Origin: a virus
Lineage: Duplodnaviria; Caudoviricetes
IMG/VR virus record: IMGVR_UViG_3300020465_001196
DNA length: 64,000 nucleotides
Reading direction: 5' to 3' (one strand)
Of the stretch, positions 38,739 to 48,492 are shown piece after piece. Under the pieces are notes generated by a model. That model was not told the DNA's origin. It worked only from the letters and a program-made list of their open reading frames with translations, and did no database searches. Made by a program: the position numbers and the translations under genes. Position 1 is the first letter of the stretch, and each line of letters begins with the position of its first letter.

Positions 38739-40732
38739 TATTTTTTGCCTCTGTCTGAAAAATTAAATTTTTTATCTGCGTAACTTGGTGTTCCACCTCT
38801 ACCAAGTTTGTAACCTAAATATGCACCTGCCAATGCCGCACCAACTGCCATTGCTTTTGATGTTTTAACTTTATCGCCATCAACGAAATCTCGTTCACGT
38901 GCCAGTTTTTGAACATATGATGTTAATGATGACTTAGGTGCATTTGCTCTAAAGTATGTTAGTAAACTAGAAACTAATGTTCTTTTTTCTCTTGTTTTTA
39001 AATTTTCCCAATCACCAGCTAAACGTTTCATAGAACGTAATTTACTATTTGAAATATATAAAGCACCTTGCAATCTCATTAGCATACGTTGTTCAGTGTT
39101 TGTATTTGCATTAGATGAAGCAATATGACTTAAAAATTCTCTAAATGGCATTATATCACTTTTTAATCTATCTACTAAAATTTTGCTGTTTCTTTCATCA
39201 GCAAATTGTATAATTGAACCTTTACCAAATAATGCGTGTAACATTACATATAAATCTGTACCGTTTGATCTAAAATAATCAAAGTTTCTATAACTTAAGG
39301 TTCTACCTGCATAAGTGCTTGCCACTGATGTGTATTTTGATTCTCTGTTCATTACTTGTAAAGCAATACAATGAGCAAAAATTAAATCAGCAAGTTCACG
39401 TGCTGAATACTTTGATACTCCATGTCTTGACTTAAACATTCTTGCTTCTGTAAGCAAACTATCAACAAAGTCTAGTTCTATACCTTCTTTTTTCATAAAA
39501 TTTTTCCTACTAAAATCTAATCTATCCACAACTTTTATTGCATTTCCTATATGGTCAACTGCAACAAATCCTTCTGGATCTCTTACTTTTAATTCATCTC
39601 CATTTTGTTCAAAACTATCAATTGCTTTAATATTTGATAATTTTCTGTATAATATGTCTTTTACACTACCTAATTTTAGCCAAATAGAGTAAAAAGCTAA
39701 CATATTATTCTTATTAGTATTTAAGTAATTTAAGCCAATTTGTAGGGCATTTAAACGGCGTTGTCCAGCAATACCATCACGTCCTGTTTTTAATTGTGCT
39801 ATTTTATCTTCTGCTCTTTTTTTGTAATCTTCAACAAATTGATTAAAAAACAATTCTGGATTTTGCTGTATAGAATTCTGTTTTATATTGTTATTCATAT
39901 TAGCCGCAATGTTTATTTTTAAATCATTACCTGCTTCTGACCCATCTAAGAACTCAAATGCATTTCCTACATTACCTAAATCTTTTTCTATATTAGCAAT
40001 AGCAGAATTAACTGCCGCTGATTCTTGTGCCGTCATAGTTGCCATACCAGAATAATCTTTTATGTATGCATCATCAAACCAAACATCTGCTGTAGGTGTT
40101 AAGTCTGATAAATCAATTCTAAATGATGCTGTCATATTTTCTAAACTATCGCCTTCATATGATGTATGAAAAACAATACCAACTTTTGCTCTATTAATTC
40201 TTTGTCCTATTTCTGAATTAGTAGGTACTGCATATATAATTTCGTTTGGTTGAAAAGTTGTATACGTTTCACCTTCATATGCTTTTTGTTGCAAATCACC
40301 ATCTGTAAACATTAAATCACCTTGTAGTACTCCTTTAATGTTTAACTTTTCTAAATGCTTAAATGCTAATCTTAATTTGCCACGTAAACCACTTTTATCT
40401 ATAGTTTCACCTTTTTGCATTGTATCTGCATGATTTACAGATATGTCTTTCATAGACTTATTTAATTTTGCATCTTTGTTAAAGACACCTTTTGTGCCAA
40501 TAAAAAACTTTCCATCTTTAGGATCTGTACCACAAATGATTGCAGGAGAACCATCCCACTTTGTAGTGATATTGAGCTTCTTCGAAGAATGCCCTTTTAC
40601 TATTTTTGCTAAACCTTTTAAAAAACCAATGGCTTGTACGGCGCCTTTTTTTCCACTAAAAAGACTTAAATCTTCTAAATGTGTTAAATGCGTATTAATA
40701 TTTTCATCAAGTTTAATGTCATTAATTTTCAT
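38738..40732 (-). CDS. Large protein with ligase-like covalent nucleotidyltransferase motifs plus C-terminal helical domain
   Basis: TTKWDGSPA (KxDG), LQGDLMF, PEGFVAV, IKVVDRLDFS; start MKINDI at 40732. Confidence 0.55.
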   Translation of the reverse strand: MKINDIKLDENINTHLTHLEDLSLFSGKKGAVQAIGFLKGLAKIVKGHSSKKLNITTKWDGSPAIICGTDPKDGKFFIGTKGVFNKDAKLNKSMKDISVNHADTMQKGETIDKSGLRGKLRLAFKHLEKLNIKGVLQGDLMFTDGDLQQKAYEGETYTTFQPNEIIYAVPTNSEIGQRINRAKVGIVFHTSYEGDSLENMTASFRIDLSDLTPTADVWFDDAYIKDYSGMATMTAQESAAVNSAIANIEKDLGNVGNAFEFLDGSEAGNDLKINIAANMNNNIKQNSIQQNPELFFNQFVEDYKKRAEDKIAQLKTGRDGIAGQRRLNALQIGLNYLNTNKNNMLAFYSIWLKLGSVKDILYRKLSNIKAIDSFEQNGDELKVRDPEGFVAVDHIGNAIKVVDRLDFSRKNFMKKEGIELDFVDSLLTEARMFKSRHGVSKYSARELADLIFAHCIALQVMNRESKYTSVASTYAGRTLSYRNFDYFRSNGTDLYVMLHALFGKGSIIQFADERNSKILVDRLKSDIMPFREFLSHIASSNANTNTEQRMLMRLQGALYISNSKLRSMKRLAGDWENLKTREKRTLVSSLLTYFRANAPKSSLTSYVQKLARERDFVDGDKVKTSKAMAVGAALAGAYLGYKLGRGGTPSYADKKFNFSDRGKK

Positions 40733-40982
40733 TTTTATTCTGTAAGACCCTTCTAATACCACGTTCAAACTTCGCAGGGTCACCGCTTTTAATACTATTA
40801 ACTAAACGTCTAGTTAATTCACCAGCAGTTTCTTGATCATATGATTCATGAAGCATATCTATAAGATTTATTGCTGAAGAAATAACGTGCCCGGCTCTTG
40901 ATTCAATCAGAGACTCTTTATGTGTTTGAGGTATAACTTGGCTTATTTCTTCAAGTATAGATCTAGTATTTCTTTTACTCAC
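40722..40982 (-). CDS. Conserved phage hypothetical protein
   Basis: 86 aa, AGGAG SD. Confidence 0.65.
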   Translation of the reverse strand: MSKRNTRSILEEISQVIPQTHKESLIESRAGHVISSAINLIDMLHESYDQETAGELTRRLVNSIKSGDPAKFERGIRRVLQNKNEN

Positions 40983-41044
40983 AATTAGGTCTCCTAAATT
41001 TTATACTATTATTTATTATAAAAAGAAGCCTATATAAGTGTGTA

Positions 41045-42475
41045 TTATAATTCTTCGGTGTCATCTAATGCTGTTCTCCTAGTTTTTAGCATACTACGTA
41101 GGTTTGCTACTTGTTCTACTTGCTGAACCACCTGTGCACCTTGATTTTCAGCTGGTTTTGGCTTAATTGTACTTGTTCTTTTCTTAATAGTACTTGCCAT
41201 ATTTGACGTTGTCATATTATCATCTTCAGCCATTTGTTCTTCAGTTAAATCTGTAATTCTTAAGGTATCTATATTAAATGCCAAGTTGATTTTAGTTCCA
41301 ACTCCGCCACTAGATCTTGTTTTCATTAATTGGATCATATATCTACCACGTTCACGCATAGCTCTGCTTGTTTGAATACCAATTACGTTATCTGCTGTTT
41401 GTACTTTACTTAAACCACCAGCAATATGCGAGTGATCAAATTCTGTAGATTCTACACTTGCCCTATTTAACTGTGATGCTGTTGCTAATACTATTTGATG
41501 TTCTACTGCTAAATTACGCAACTCTTCTGATACATATTTGTCTTTAATAAACAAATCACTTGGAGATACTCTTTTACTAATTGGCATCAACAAATCTAAA
41601 TAATCAACACAAATACAATCTGGTTTAGTACCTGTTTGTACTTCATATTCTTTTAAGTAACTACGTAAATCATTTACTGTTGCACCACTACTCATATATT
41701 TTAATTGGAACTTACCAGACTTTTGTCCTTGCATTCTAACCATTAAATCAATGTCATCAATTTTCTTAAATATTTCATTTGTTGCTACACCAGTTGACAT
41801 ACTATCAACTCTCATAGAACTTAATTCTTCACTTAATTCAAATGTAAAATAAATTATGTTCATTCCAACGTTTGCCCAATTCAGTGCAACATTTTGTAAG
41901 AATAAACTTTTACCTGCACCTGACTGTCCTGCAAAAATATTTAATTCGCCTTTGTTAAATCCACCATATAGTTTTTGATCTAATGCAGACCATCCTGTAC
42001 TTACTGTACCATTATTATCTTTAAGTGATAACAATCTTGCTTTTGGATCAACAAAATAATCTGTACCTAAATCTTTTGTAAGTCCAATTCTTACTGCGTG
42101 TTTAATTTTATCTTCTACTTGTCCATAATCACCTTTTTCTAATAAATCAGCTGATGATATAATTGCGTGTTCTAATGCTTTGTGTCTACAAAAAGTTTCA
42201 AACTCATCAAAAAACCAATTCTTATGTTGTTCATCTATTTCAACTTTTTTAAGTTCAACACTACAAGTTGCTTTTATTTGGTCTATTGTTGGAAGTGCAT
42301 TGTATTCTTCTGAATGCTCTAACATAAATTTAATTACGTTTGATAGTTTATGTGAAAAGTATTTTGGTTTGACTATATTTTTAACTCTTACAAATAACTC
42401 AGGATCTGTTGCACAAAACTCAATAAAAAGTTTTTGTAATTCTTCGTTATAATCTTTATAGTCAGTTACAGCCAT
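41045..42475 (-). CDS. Replicative DnaB-like helicase (T4 gp41-like)
   Basis: FAGQSGAGKSLFL, FELSEE, CVDYLDLL, TASQLNR, QLMKTRS. Confidence 0.95.
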   Translation of the reverse strand: MAVTDYKDYNEELQKLFIEFCATDPELFVRVKNIVKPKYFSHKLSNVIKFMLEHSEEYNALPTIDQIKATCSVELKKVEIDEQHKNWFFDEFETFCRHKALEHAIISSADLLEKGDYGQVEDKIKHAVRIGLTKDLGTDYFVDPKARLLSLKDNNGTVSTGWSALDQKLYGGFNKGELNIFAGQSGAGKSLFLQNVALNWANVGMNIIYFTFELSEELSSMRVDSMSTGVATNEIFKKIDDIDLMVRMQGQKSGKFQLKYMSSGATVNDLRSYLKEYEVQTGTKPDCICVDYLDLLMPISKRVSPSDLFIKDKYVSEELRNLAVEHQIVLATASQLNRASVESTEFDHSHIAGGLSKVQTADNVIGIQTSRAMRERGRYMIQLMKTRSSGGVGTKINLAFNIDTLRITDLTEEQMAEDDNMTTSNMASTIKKRTSTIKPKPAENQGAQVVQQVEQVANLRSMLKTRRTALDDTEEL

Positions 42476-42476
42476 T

Positions 42477-42641
42477 TTACCACTGTCCTTTTTTTAATTG
42501 CTCTTTTGTAACTCTATATGGAATTTTTTCAATTACTCCGCCTTTTGCATAAAATTTCTTCCACATATTTTTCTTTGTTTCTTCTTTTGCTTTTATATCA
42601 TCTGGCAAATCAGCAGTATAATCTCTTTTTATTTCTTTCAT
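42477..42641 (-). CDS. Small hypothetical protein missed by the ORF track (54 aa)
   Basis: MKEIKRDYTADLP...FYAKGGVIEKIPY...KGQW*; TTGTAA-17-TAATAT promoter 6 nt upstream. Confidence 0.65.
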   Translation of the reverse strand: MKEIKRDYTADLPDDIKAKEETKKNMWKKFYAKGGVIEKIPYRVTKEQLKKGQW

Positions 42642-42650
42642 AATTATATA

Positions 42651-43283
42651 TTACACACCTTCCTGTTGTTTTACAAGTCTTAAATATTTCCAACTATATG
42701 GAAATTCTTCATTACATAGTTGATCAATAGAATCTGCTATTGTTCTTGTTTCTTCTTGAGTATCTTCAGCACACCTTAATTCACATACTCTAGCAAATGC
42801 GTACAATGTTCCACTCCAATACCACTCTGTCATCATATTTTGTGGCAATACCATTCTTGCTAACTCGGGTGCAATTCCTTTGGCCAGCATATCATTGTAT
42901 GTTGTATTAGCATTTTTTATTGTATTAGCGATATCATATTCGATTGTTTCACTACTACTGCCTTGTTTTTTATCTTCAGCTCGTAATCTCCAACTTTTAG
43001 GCATATAGTATTCTGGTTCATAATCAACATAACGTCTACTAATTTCATTCCAACTTAAACCTACTTGGTGCTTTACTAACTGTCTAGCAACAAATATAGG
43101 TGCTTTAATTCTAAATTGTAAACTACAATGTGCAAATGGTGACCAATGATTGTGCTTTGCTAAAAATGAAATTAATTTTTCATCTGATGCTCCAAACACA
43201 TCTTTGCTTTTTCCAAAACTTACTCTTGCGGCATTCACCACAGTTAGGTCTGAACCCATTTTATCAATTAGTTGTACTTCCAT
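42651..43283 (-). CDS. thyX: Flavin-dependent thymidylate synthase
   Basis: HWSPFAH, IFVARQLVKHQVGLSWNEISRRY, ELARMVLP. Confidence 0.96.
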   Translation of the reverse strand: MEVQLIDKMGSDLTVVNAARVSFGKSKDVFGASDEKLISFLAKHNHWSPFAHCSLQFRIKAPIFVARQLVKHQVGLSWNEISRRYVDYEPEYYMPKSWRLRAEDKKQGSSSETIEYDIANTIKNANTTYNDMLAKGIAPELARMVLPQNMMTEWYWSGTLYAFARVCELRCAEDTQEETRTIADSIDQLCNEEFPYSWKYLRLVKQQEGV

Positions 43284-43456
43284 TATACGTCTACTCCAAC
43301 TCCAAATAATTTTAACATTTCTAATATAGTTCTATTTTCATATACCATTTCAAACAATTCTGTTACTGTAACTTGTAACTCTATAATTTGATATGCTAGA
43401 TAAAGATTTGATAAACCTAATACTAATAAAAAAATAATTAGTAATGTTTGGTTCAT
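43283..43456 (-). CDS. Small membrane protein missed by the ORF track (57 aa)
   Basis: MNQTLLIIFLLVLGLSNLYLAYQII...; AAGGA SD; TAATG coupling to thyX. Confidence 0.55.
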   Translation of the reverse strand: MNQTLLIIFLLVLGLSNLYLAYQIIELQVTVTELFEMVYENRTILEMLKLFGVGVDV

Positions 43457-43464
43457 AAAATCCT

Positions 43465-44076
43465 TTAATAAGTTTTAACAATTTTATCTGCTATACCGTA
43501 TCTTACTGCCTCTTTAGCACTTAACCATCTATCTTCAGGTGGTAGTAAAATATCTCTAACTTTCTTTTCATTTAAACCAGTACATTTCATATAATGATTA
43601 AGCATTCTTTCTGTACTTAATTCAAATTCTCTAACTCTTGCAAATAGTTCGTGTTCCTTACCACCTGATCCCCAACTGTATTGGTGTGATAGTATTGATG
43701 TATTTGGTGTAAGAACTCTACGACCTTTTGTACCTGCCATAAATGTTAATAGTCCACATGATGCAATCATACCAAGCCCTACAGTTTTTACAGGAATAGC
43801 AGATCCTTTCATTGTGTCAATTAATGCAAATGCTGAATGTACTTGCCCACCAGGTGAATTAATCACTAATGTTAACTGGTTTGGTCTTTGTGAGTTTGGC
43901 ATTAAATTTTTTTCAATAATTGTATTAATAACCGGTGTCGTTGTTTTTGCATCAAACCCGTCAGCAAAATACATAATACCTGCTTCCCACATCATCATAC
44001 CTGGTGCAAGTGGTTGTCCGGCAGGTCCTGGTCCTTTTGCTTTATCGTCTTTTTTCTTTCTATCTAAATCAGCCAT
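43465..44076 (-). CDS. Second, divergent ClpP-family serine protease
   Basis: VINSPGG, IASCG (Ser), LSHQ (His), PEDRWL (Asp), GIADKI. Confidence 0.88.
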   Translation of the reverse strand: MADLDRKKKDDKAKGPGPAGQPLAPGMMMWEAGIMYFADGFDAKTTTPVINTIIEKNLMPNSQRPNQLTLVINSPGGQVHSAFALIDTMKGSAIPVKTVGLGMIASCGLLTFMAGTKGRRVLTPNTSILSHQYSWGSGGKEHELFARVREFELSTERMLNHYMKCTGLNEKKVRDILLPPEDRWLSAKEAVRYGIADKIVKTY

Positions 44077-44089
44077 TATTATTTTTCTC

Positions 44090-45079
44090 CTATGCGATCT
44101 TTCTTAGTACGTTAATTTTTACTTTATTATTTACTCTGTTTTCAATGATGCTTTTTATAGTAAATAATTGGCCATAACTTTTAACAGCGTCAGCACAATC
44201 TTTTATACTTTCATGCCATGGTGGAAAACTTACTGCCCATCCATTTTCAACTGCTTGATCAATTAGTGTTGTACCTGCTCTATCTCTATCAGGACAAACT
44301 ATAATTTCACCTTCAAATTCATTTATAATATCTATTTGTTGTTGATTAAGTTTATTATGTAGTACTGCTAATCCATCTATACTTAATGCATCAAGCACAC
44401 CTTCTACAACAATTAAATATTTTCTTTTTTTACTTAACACATCTAAATTGTACATATAATTTGGTTGTGAGTTTGTAAAATATTTTGGCTTATCTGGATT
44501 ATTATCAATTATTCTTGATGTATAACCAACTGTGTTTCCATTGTAATAAAATGGTACAATAAACCTTCTATTTAAATCTAAATACGTATCATTACACCAA
44601 TAAAAATCATTATAATGATCAAGTCCCCTATCAATAATATGTTTGTATACCCAAACAGCATCATCTGGTGGATTATCATTTTTAATAATTTCAACTAACG
44701 GTTTAGAACCTTTTGGTAGTTGTACTTCGCGCCAACTAATTTTTGGTTTTGGTTTTTCTATTTCGTCTTTAAAATTTTCTTTTTCTCGTATTGCTAACAA
44801 CTGAAGTTTTTTAACTTCACTGTCTGGAAGACCAATGCCTCTCAAAAGACCTACTAACTTTTTACCAAATAATCTTCCTGGCTTATAGCTCGTACTAAAG
44901 CCACAATTAAAACAATGATATACCATTCCTTCAATAAATCTAAATCCACCTCTTGAACGTGTGTCTGGCCTTGCTTGGCCATTTGTTATACACATTGGAC
45001 AATTTACTGTTGTCCATCCACTTGGTGTCTTTTTTCTTTTACCACTTAAATGTGTTAGTATTGTATTTTGAAGATTCAT
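44090..45079 (-). CDS. DNA primase (gp61-like)
   Basis: CPMC...YHCFNCG Zn finger, VVEGVLDAL and PDRD TOPRIM motifs; leaderless promoter TTGACT-17-TAATAT (45114-45086). Confidence 0.92.
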   Translation of the reverse strand: MNLQNTILTHLSGKRKKTPSGWTTVNCPMCITNGQARPDTRSRGGFRFIEGMVYHCFNCGFSTSYKPGRLFGKKLVGLLRGIGLPDSEVKKLQLLAIREKENFKDEIEKPKPKISWREVQLPKGSKPLVEIIKNDNPPDDAVWVYKHIIDRGLDHYNDFYWCNDTYLDLNRRFIVPFYYNGNTVGYTSRIIDNNPDKPKYFTNSQPNYMYNLDVLSKKRKYLIVVEGVLDALSIDGLAVLHNKLNQQQIDIINEFEGEIIVCPDRDRAGTTLIDQAVENGWAVSFPPWHESIKDCADAVKSYGQLFTIKSIIENRVNNKVKINVLRKIA

Positions 45080-45114
45080 GCTTATATATTATAACAAAAC
45101 TAACAAAAAGTCAA

Positions 45115-46263
45115 TTAGATTGTGAAAGTATTATTACCAGCTTTTACATCACCTAGGCCACCAACATCAAGTTTAAATCTATTTTGACCTTCACCTGACA
45201 TAGCCTTGCCCATTTCTTTGCAAATTTCATATGGTGTTACTTTGTAATTTTCAGCATATTTTAATATTTTTAATGTTCTTGGATGTATAGTAGTTATTAA
45301 TTGGAATGATTCTGATTCATCTCTTGACTTTAATATTGTTCCTGCAGAACGAAATACTCCACCAACGTTGGCCAAACTATCAGGTATATATAATATATTT
45401 TTTTTAGTTAATTCTTCTACTGTTCTATCAGGATCAACTAAATCAATTTGATTATTTGCCGCTCCACAAATAATTTTACAATTCATATCTTTTACCATAC
45501 TTAATTTTATATCATTACCTAATGCACATGGAGAATATATATCAAGTTCTTCTTTGTGTAAATTATATGTTGGTACTACTTTAAACTTCCATTTACTAAA
45601 ATCTCTAAATTGTTTTATTTTTAATGGATCTATTTCAGAAAAAACTAATTCTGCTTTTTCTTCATTTAAATAATTTGCTAATTGAAAACCTACTTTACCT
45701 AATCCTTTAATACCAATCTTCAAACCTTCTAAAGAATCTGAACCAAATTTATGTTCTGCCGCGGCTTTCATTGCATGGTAAACACCATATGCTGTACACG
45801 AACTACCAACATCTGGATCTGAATATGTTGCTGTGTAATCAGTAAAGTTTCTTAAATTTTGTAGCATAGTATAATCAAAGCCAACATCTAATCCTGCATA
45901 GTAATCACCTTTAAGATAATTAATTGCTTCGCCAAGCCAGCCTATAATACGTTTTGGTTCTACTCCTAAATTACCTGTTTCTCTATGTAGTACACCTTCA
46001 ATAACTGCTTTGCCGCCGCCAAGTTGAATTCCTGCTACAGCACATTTTTCAGTCATTGCTTTTGATAAATTTAAAACATCACGTATTGGTGTTTTTGGAT
46101 CACGATATTTCCAAAATCTTACTCCACCAAAAGCCGGACCAACTTTAGTTGAATGAACAGCAATATAGCAACTAAAATTATCATCTGAATTTGTCGCGTG
46201 AATAATTCTTTCGAAATCATTTCTTTGGATTTCTTCAATTTTTAAAACTGGTCTTGAAACCAT
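45115..46263 (-). CDS. Leu/Phe/Val dehydrogenase family
   Basis: AVHSTKVGPAFGGVRF, LSKAMTEK, GGGKAVI, GLGKVG, PCALG, ICGAANNQ, ANVGGV. Confidence 0.9.
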   Translation of the reverse strand: MVSRPVLKIEEIQRNDFERIIHATNSDDNFSCYIAVHSTKVGPAFGGVRFWKYRDPKTPIRDVLNLSKAMTEKCAVAGIQLGGGKAVIEGVLHRETGNLGVEPKRIIGWLGEAINYLKGDYYAGLDVGFDYTMLQNLRNFTDYTATYSDPDVGSSCTAYGVYHAMKAAAEHKFGSDSLEGLKIGIKGLGKVGFQLANYLNEEKAELVFSEIDPLKIKQFRDFSKWKFKVVPTYNLHKEELDIYSPCALGNDIKLSMVKDMNCKIICGAANNQIDLVDPDRTVEELTKKNILYIPDSLANVGGVFRSAGTILKSRDESESFQLITTIHPRTLKILKYAENYKVTPYEICKEMGKAMSGEGQNRFKLDVGGLGDVKAGNNTFTI

Positions 46264-46265
46264 TA

Positions 46266-47057
46266 CTAATTCCTTAATAATACTTTAGTAAATGTTCCTG
46301 AGTTAGATGGATCTGGATCATATGCTGTTCTAACCCATTTTGCTTGACTTATAAATCTATAAGGTGCTAATGAATCTGAAGATGTTAATGATACTTCAGT
46401 TGTACCACTTGTTAATGGTATATCAAACCAATCATTATTATCATTACTCGCTGTATCTGTTAAACAACCTTGCATTTTAAACTTACCAACAAATGATGAT
46501 GTATAAACTGCAATAGTATGATTGCTTGAAGTTAAATTACGTTCAGATGCACCTGCTACTGCATTTGAATAATACCAAGTTCCATCATTAGTTCCTGGAT
46601 TCCATTCCATAGTCAAAGTTTCTGCTGGGTTTGGCATAACACCTTCAATAATTTCAACTGTTCCAACTGCGGCACGATTTAAATCTGTAAACACAATTTG
46701 TTGCTCACTATTATTATTTGTAGTGTATAAACTGTAATTATATAAGCCATCTGCTATATTATATAAATCAGCACTTGTTAAACTTAATGACGCTTGTCCT
46801 TTTGTTGCACTTGTTATTGTTAATGGTCTTGAAATTGACGTTTCTTTACTATTACTATCAATAATATTAATTGTTACAGTCATATTAGTTAAATCAACAG
46901 GAGCTCTATCGCTGTCTTTTAATTCAAACTTTACTGTATTATCAATACCTTGATACAATTTTATAGTTTTATCATACATAGTTACATTACCTTGATTTGC
47001 ACTTGTATTTACTATCACTGTGTGGGTATTATTATACACATATACACTTATTGACAT
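46266..47057 (-). CDS. Putative virion/baseplate protein (BppU-N-like beta sandwich)
   Basis: YQGIDNTVKFELKDSDRAPVDLTNMTV..GQASLSLT; CATAAATA upstream at 47087-47094. Confidence 0.55.
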   Translation of the reverse strand: MSISVYVYNNTHTVIVNTSANQGNVTMYDKTIKLYQGIDNTVKFELKDSDRAPVDLTNMTVTINIIDSNSKETSISRPLTITSATKGQASLSLTSADLYNIADGLYNYSLYTTNNNSEQQIVFTDLNRAAVGTVEIIEGVMPNPAETLTMEWNPGTNDGTWYYSNAVAGASERNLTSSNHTIAVYTSSFVGKFKMQGCLTDTASNDNNDWFDIPLTSGTTEVSLTSSDSLAPYRFISQAKWVRTAYDPDPSNSGTFTKVLLRN

Positions 47058-47129
47058 ATTACAAATCTTCCCTCAAATTATATGTATATTTATGTTGCTA
47101 AATAGAATTAAAGCAAGTATAATAGAGTG

Positions 47130-47501
47130 ATGGATTACAACGAACTTACAGACAAATTTCCCTTTTTATCATGTATAAAACATGGTACTACTGAATATGT
47201 TGGTATTATGCAAAATCAAGATGATTTTGTAACCAGTATGTATGTATATGATATTATAGATAATGAAGATCAAAAACGTGAATTTTTACGTTTAGGCGAT
47301 ACATGGTGGTGGGAATCAAATAGAGTAATACCTATCAATATATTTTTAGCAGGTGATTTTAGTAAGTTTCAAAATTGTTTAAAAACCTTTACGACAAAAG
47401 ATGTAAAATTAGTATTTGGTCCAGTTACTAGTTTAAACAATATTATTAGGAAACGTATTAAAAGACGTCAAATTCAATTAGTTAAAAAGACTGATAATTA
47501 A
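47130..47501 (+). CDS. Conserved phage hypothetical protein
   Basis: TWWWESNRVIPINIFL; TTGCTA-17-TATAAT (47095-47123) 6 nt before ATG at 47130. Confidence 0.7.
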   Translation: MDYNELTDKFPFLSCIKHGTTEYVGIMQNQDDFVTSMYVYDIIDNEDQKREFLRLGDTWWWESNRVIPINIFLAGDFSKFQNCLKTFTTKDVKLVFGPVTSLNNIIRKRIKRRQIQLVKKTDN

Positions 47502-48079
47502 ACAATAAGATTAGATAGTACATTTAATTGTACACATATTGCCAAAGCATAACCTACAGCATGACTTTTCTTAAAATAATAAGAATCATCTGTTGGTTTT
47601 TTCCAAACATTTTCGTTAATATTATTCCAACTTTCATTAAGTAAATGCCTTTTTGCTGGACGTATAATTGCCAATACTGCCGCTAATTCTTCAACTGATT
47701 TTGGCTTTAGTTTATTAATAATATCAAAATGATTATGTATATGAAACAATTGTTCTACTATTTCTTTATGTTTTAACAAACTCCAATCAGGTTCTTGATC
47801 AATTAACTCTTGCAAATGTTTTTCATTTTTAACTTTATCATATACACCAACATTAAGAATATCTAATTTAAAATAACCTCTATCTTCTGCTTCTTTATAA
47901 TCTATATTTGCAGAATTAGTAAACGGATGTGTTGGTATGTCTGTAAAGTAAACACCAGTATTATGTTTTTTAATTTCACCATTTTGTATAATACTAGCAG
48001 GTGTATGTTTTAATTTTTCTAATAAAACATCTCTGTCTTTTACATCAATATCAATATCTGTTTTTGCTATGTTTACCAT
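47498..48079 (-). CDS. Minimal C-family (DnaE/PolIII-alpha-like) polymerase core
   Basis: TDIDID, KHNTGV, FKLDILN, LAIIRP, YFKKSHAVGYA in DnaE order within 193 aa. Confidence 0.8.
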   Translation of the reverse strand: MVNIAKTDIDIDVKDRDVLLEKLKHTPASIIQNGEIKKHNTGVYFTDIPTHPFTNSANIDYKEAEDRGYFKLDILNVGVYDKVKNEKHLQELIDQEPDWSLLKHKEIVEQLFHIHNHFDIINKLKPKSVEELAAVLAIIRPAKRHLLNESWNNINENVWKKPTDDSYYFKKSHAVGYALAICVQLNVLSNLIV

Positions 48080-48492
48080 TGATTATGTTTTGGATCTTTC
48101 TGTTGTTTGGCTTTTTCATCGTCATTATCAATAGGTAAGTCTAATTGAAAACTGTCTGATGAAAGTGTTCCATGTCCTACACTACCCATTGTACCATCAT
48201 CATTTGTAAATGAATATGATACTCCAGGAGCCCAATTATCTAAATCATCTGTATCAAGATCTAAGCCTGTTCCTCTTGTTGCATTTTTAACTAATCTCAT
48301 TCTGTGATCTATTTCTTCCCATGTTTTTGACAAGTTGGTTGCTTCAGCTTGTTTTTTTATTACTTTATCTTTATGAACTAAATGAACTAATGTATTAAGT
48401 TCTTCCCATTTTTCTTTTACTGCTTGGTTATCACTTTCTTGTGCAATGTTTGCCACTATCTCTGGCGTTCCGTGTAGTTTTTCATCTGTCAT
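48073..48492 (-). CDS. Hypothetical protein
   Basis: 139-aa ORF, coupled to neighbours. Confidence 0.55.
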   Translation of the reverse strand: MTDEKLHGTPEIVANIAQESDNQAVKEKWEELNTLVHLVHKDKVIKKQAEATNLSKTWEEIDHRMRLVKNATRGTGLDLDTDDLDNWAPGVSYSFTNDDGTMGSVGHGTLSSDSFQLDLPIDNDDEKAKQQKDPKHNQW

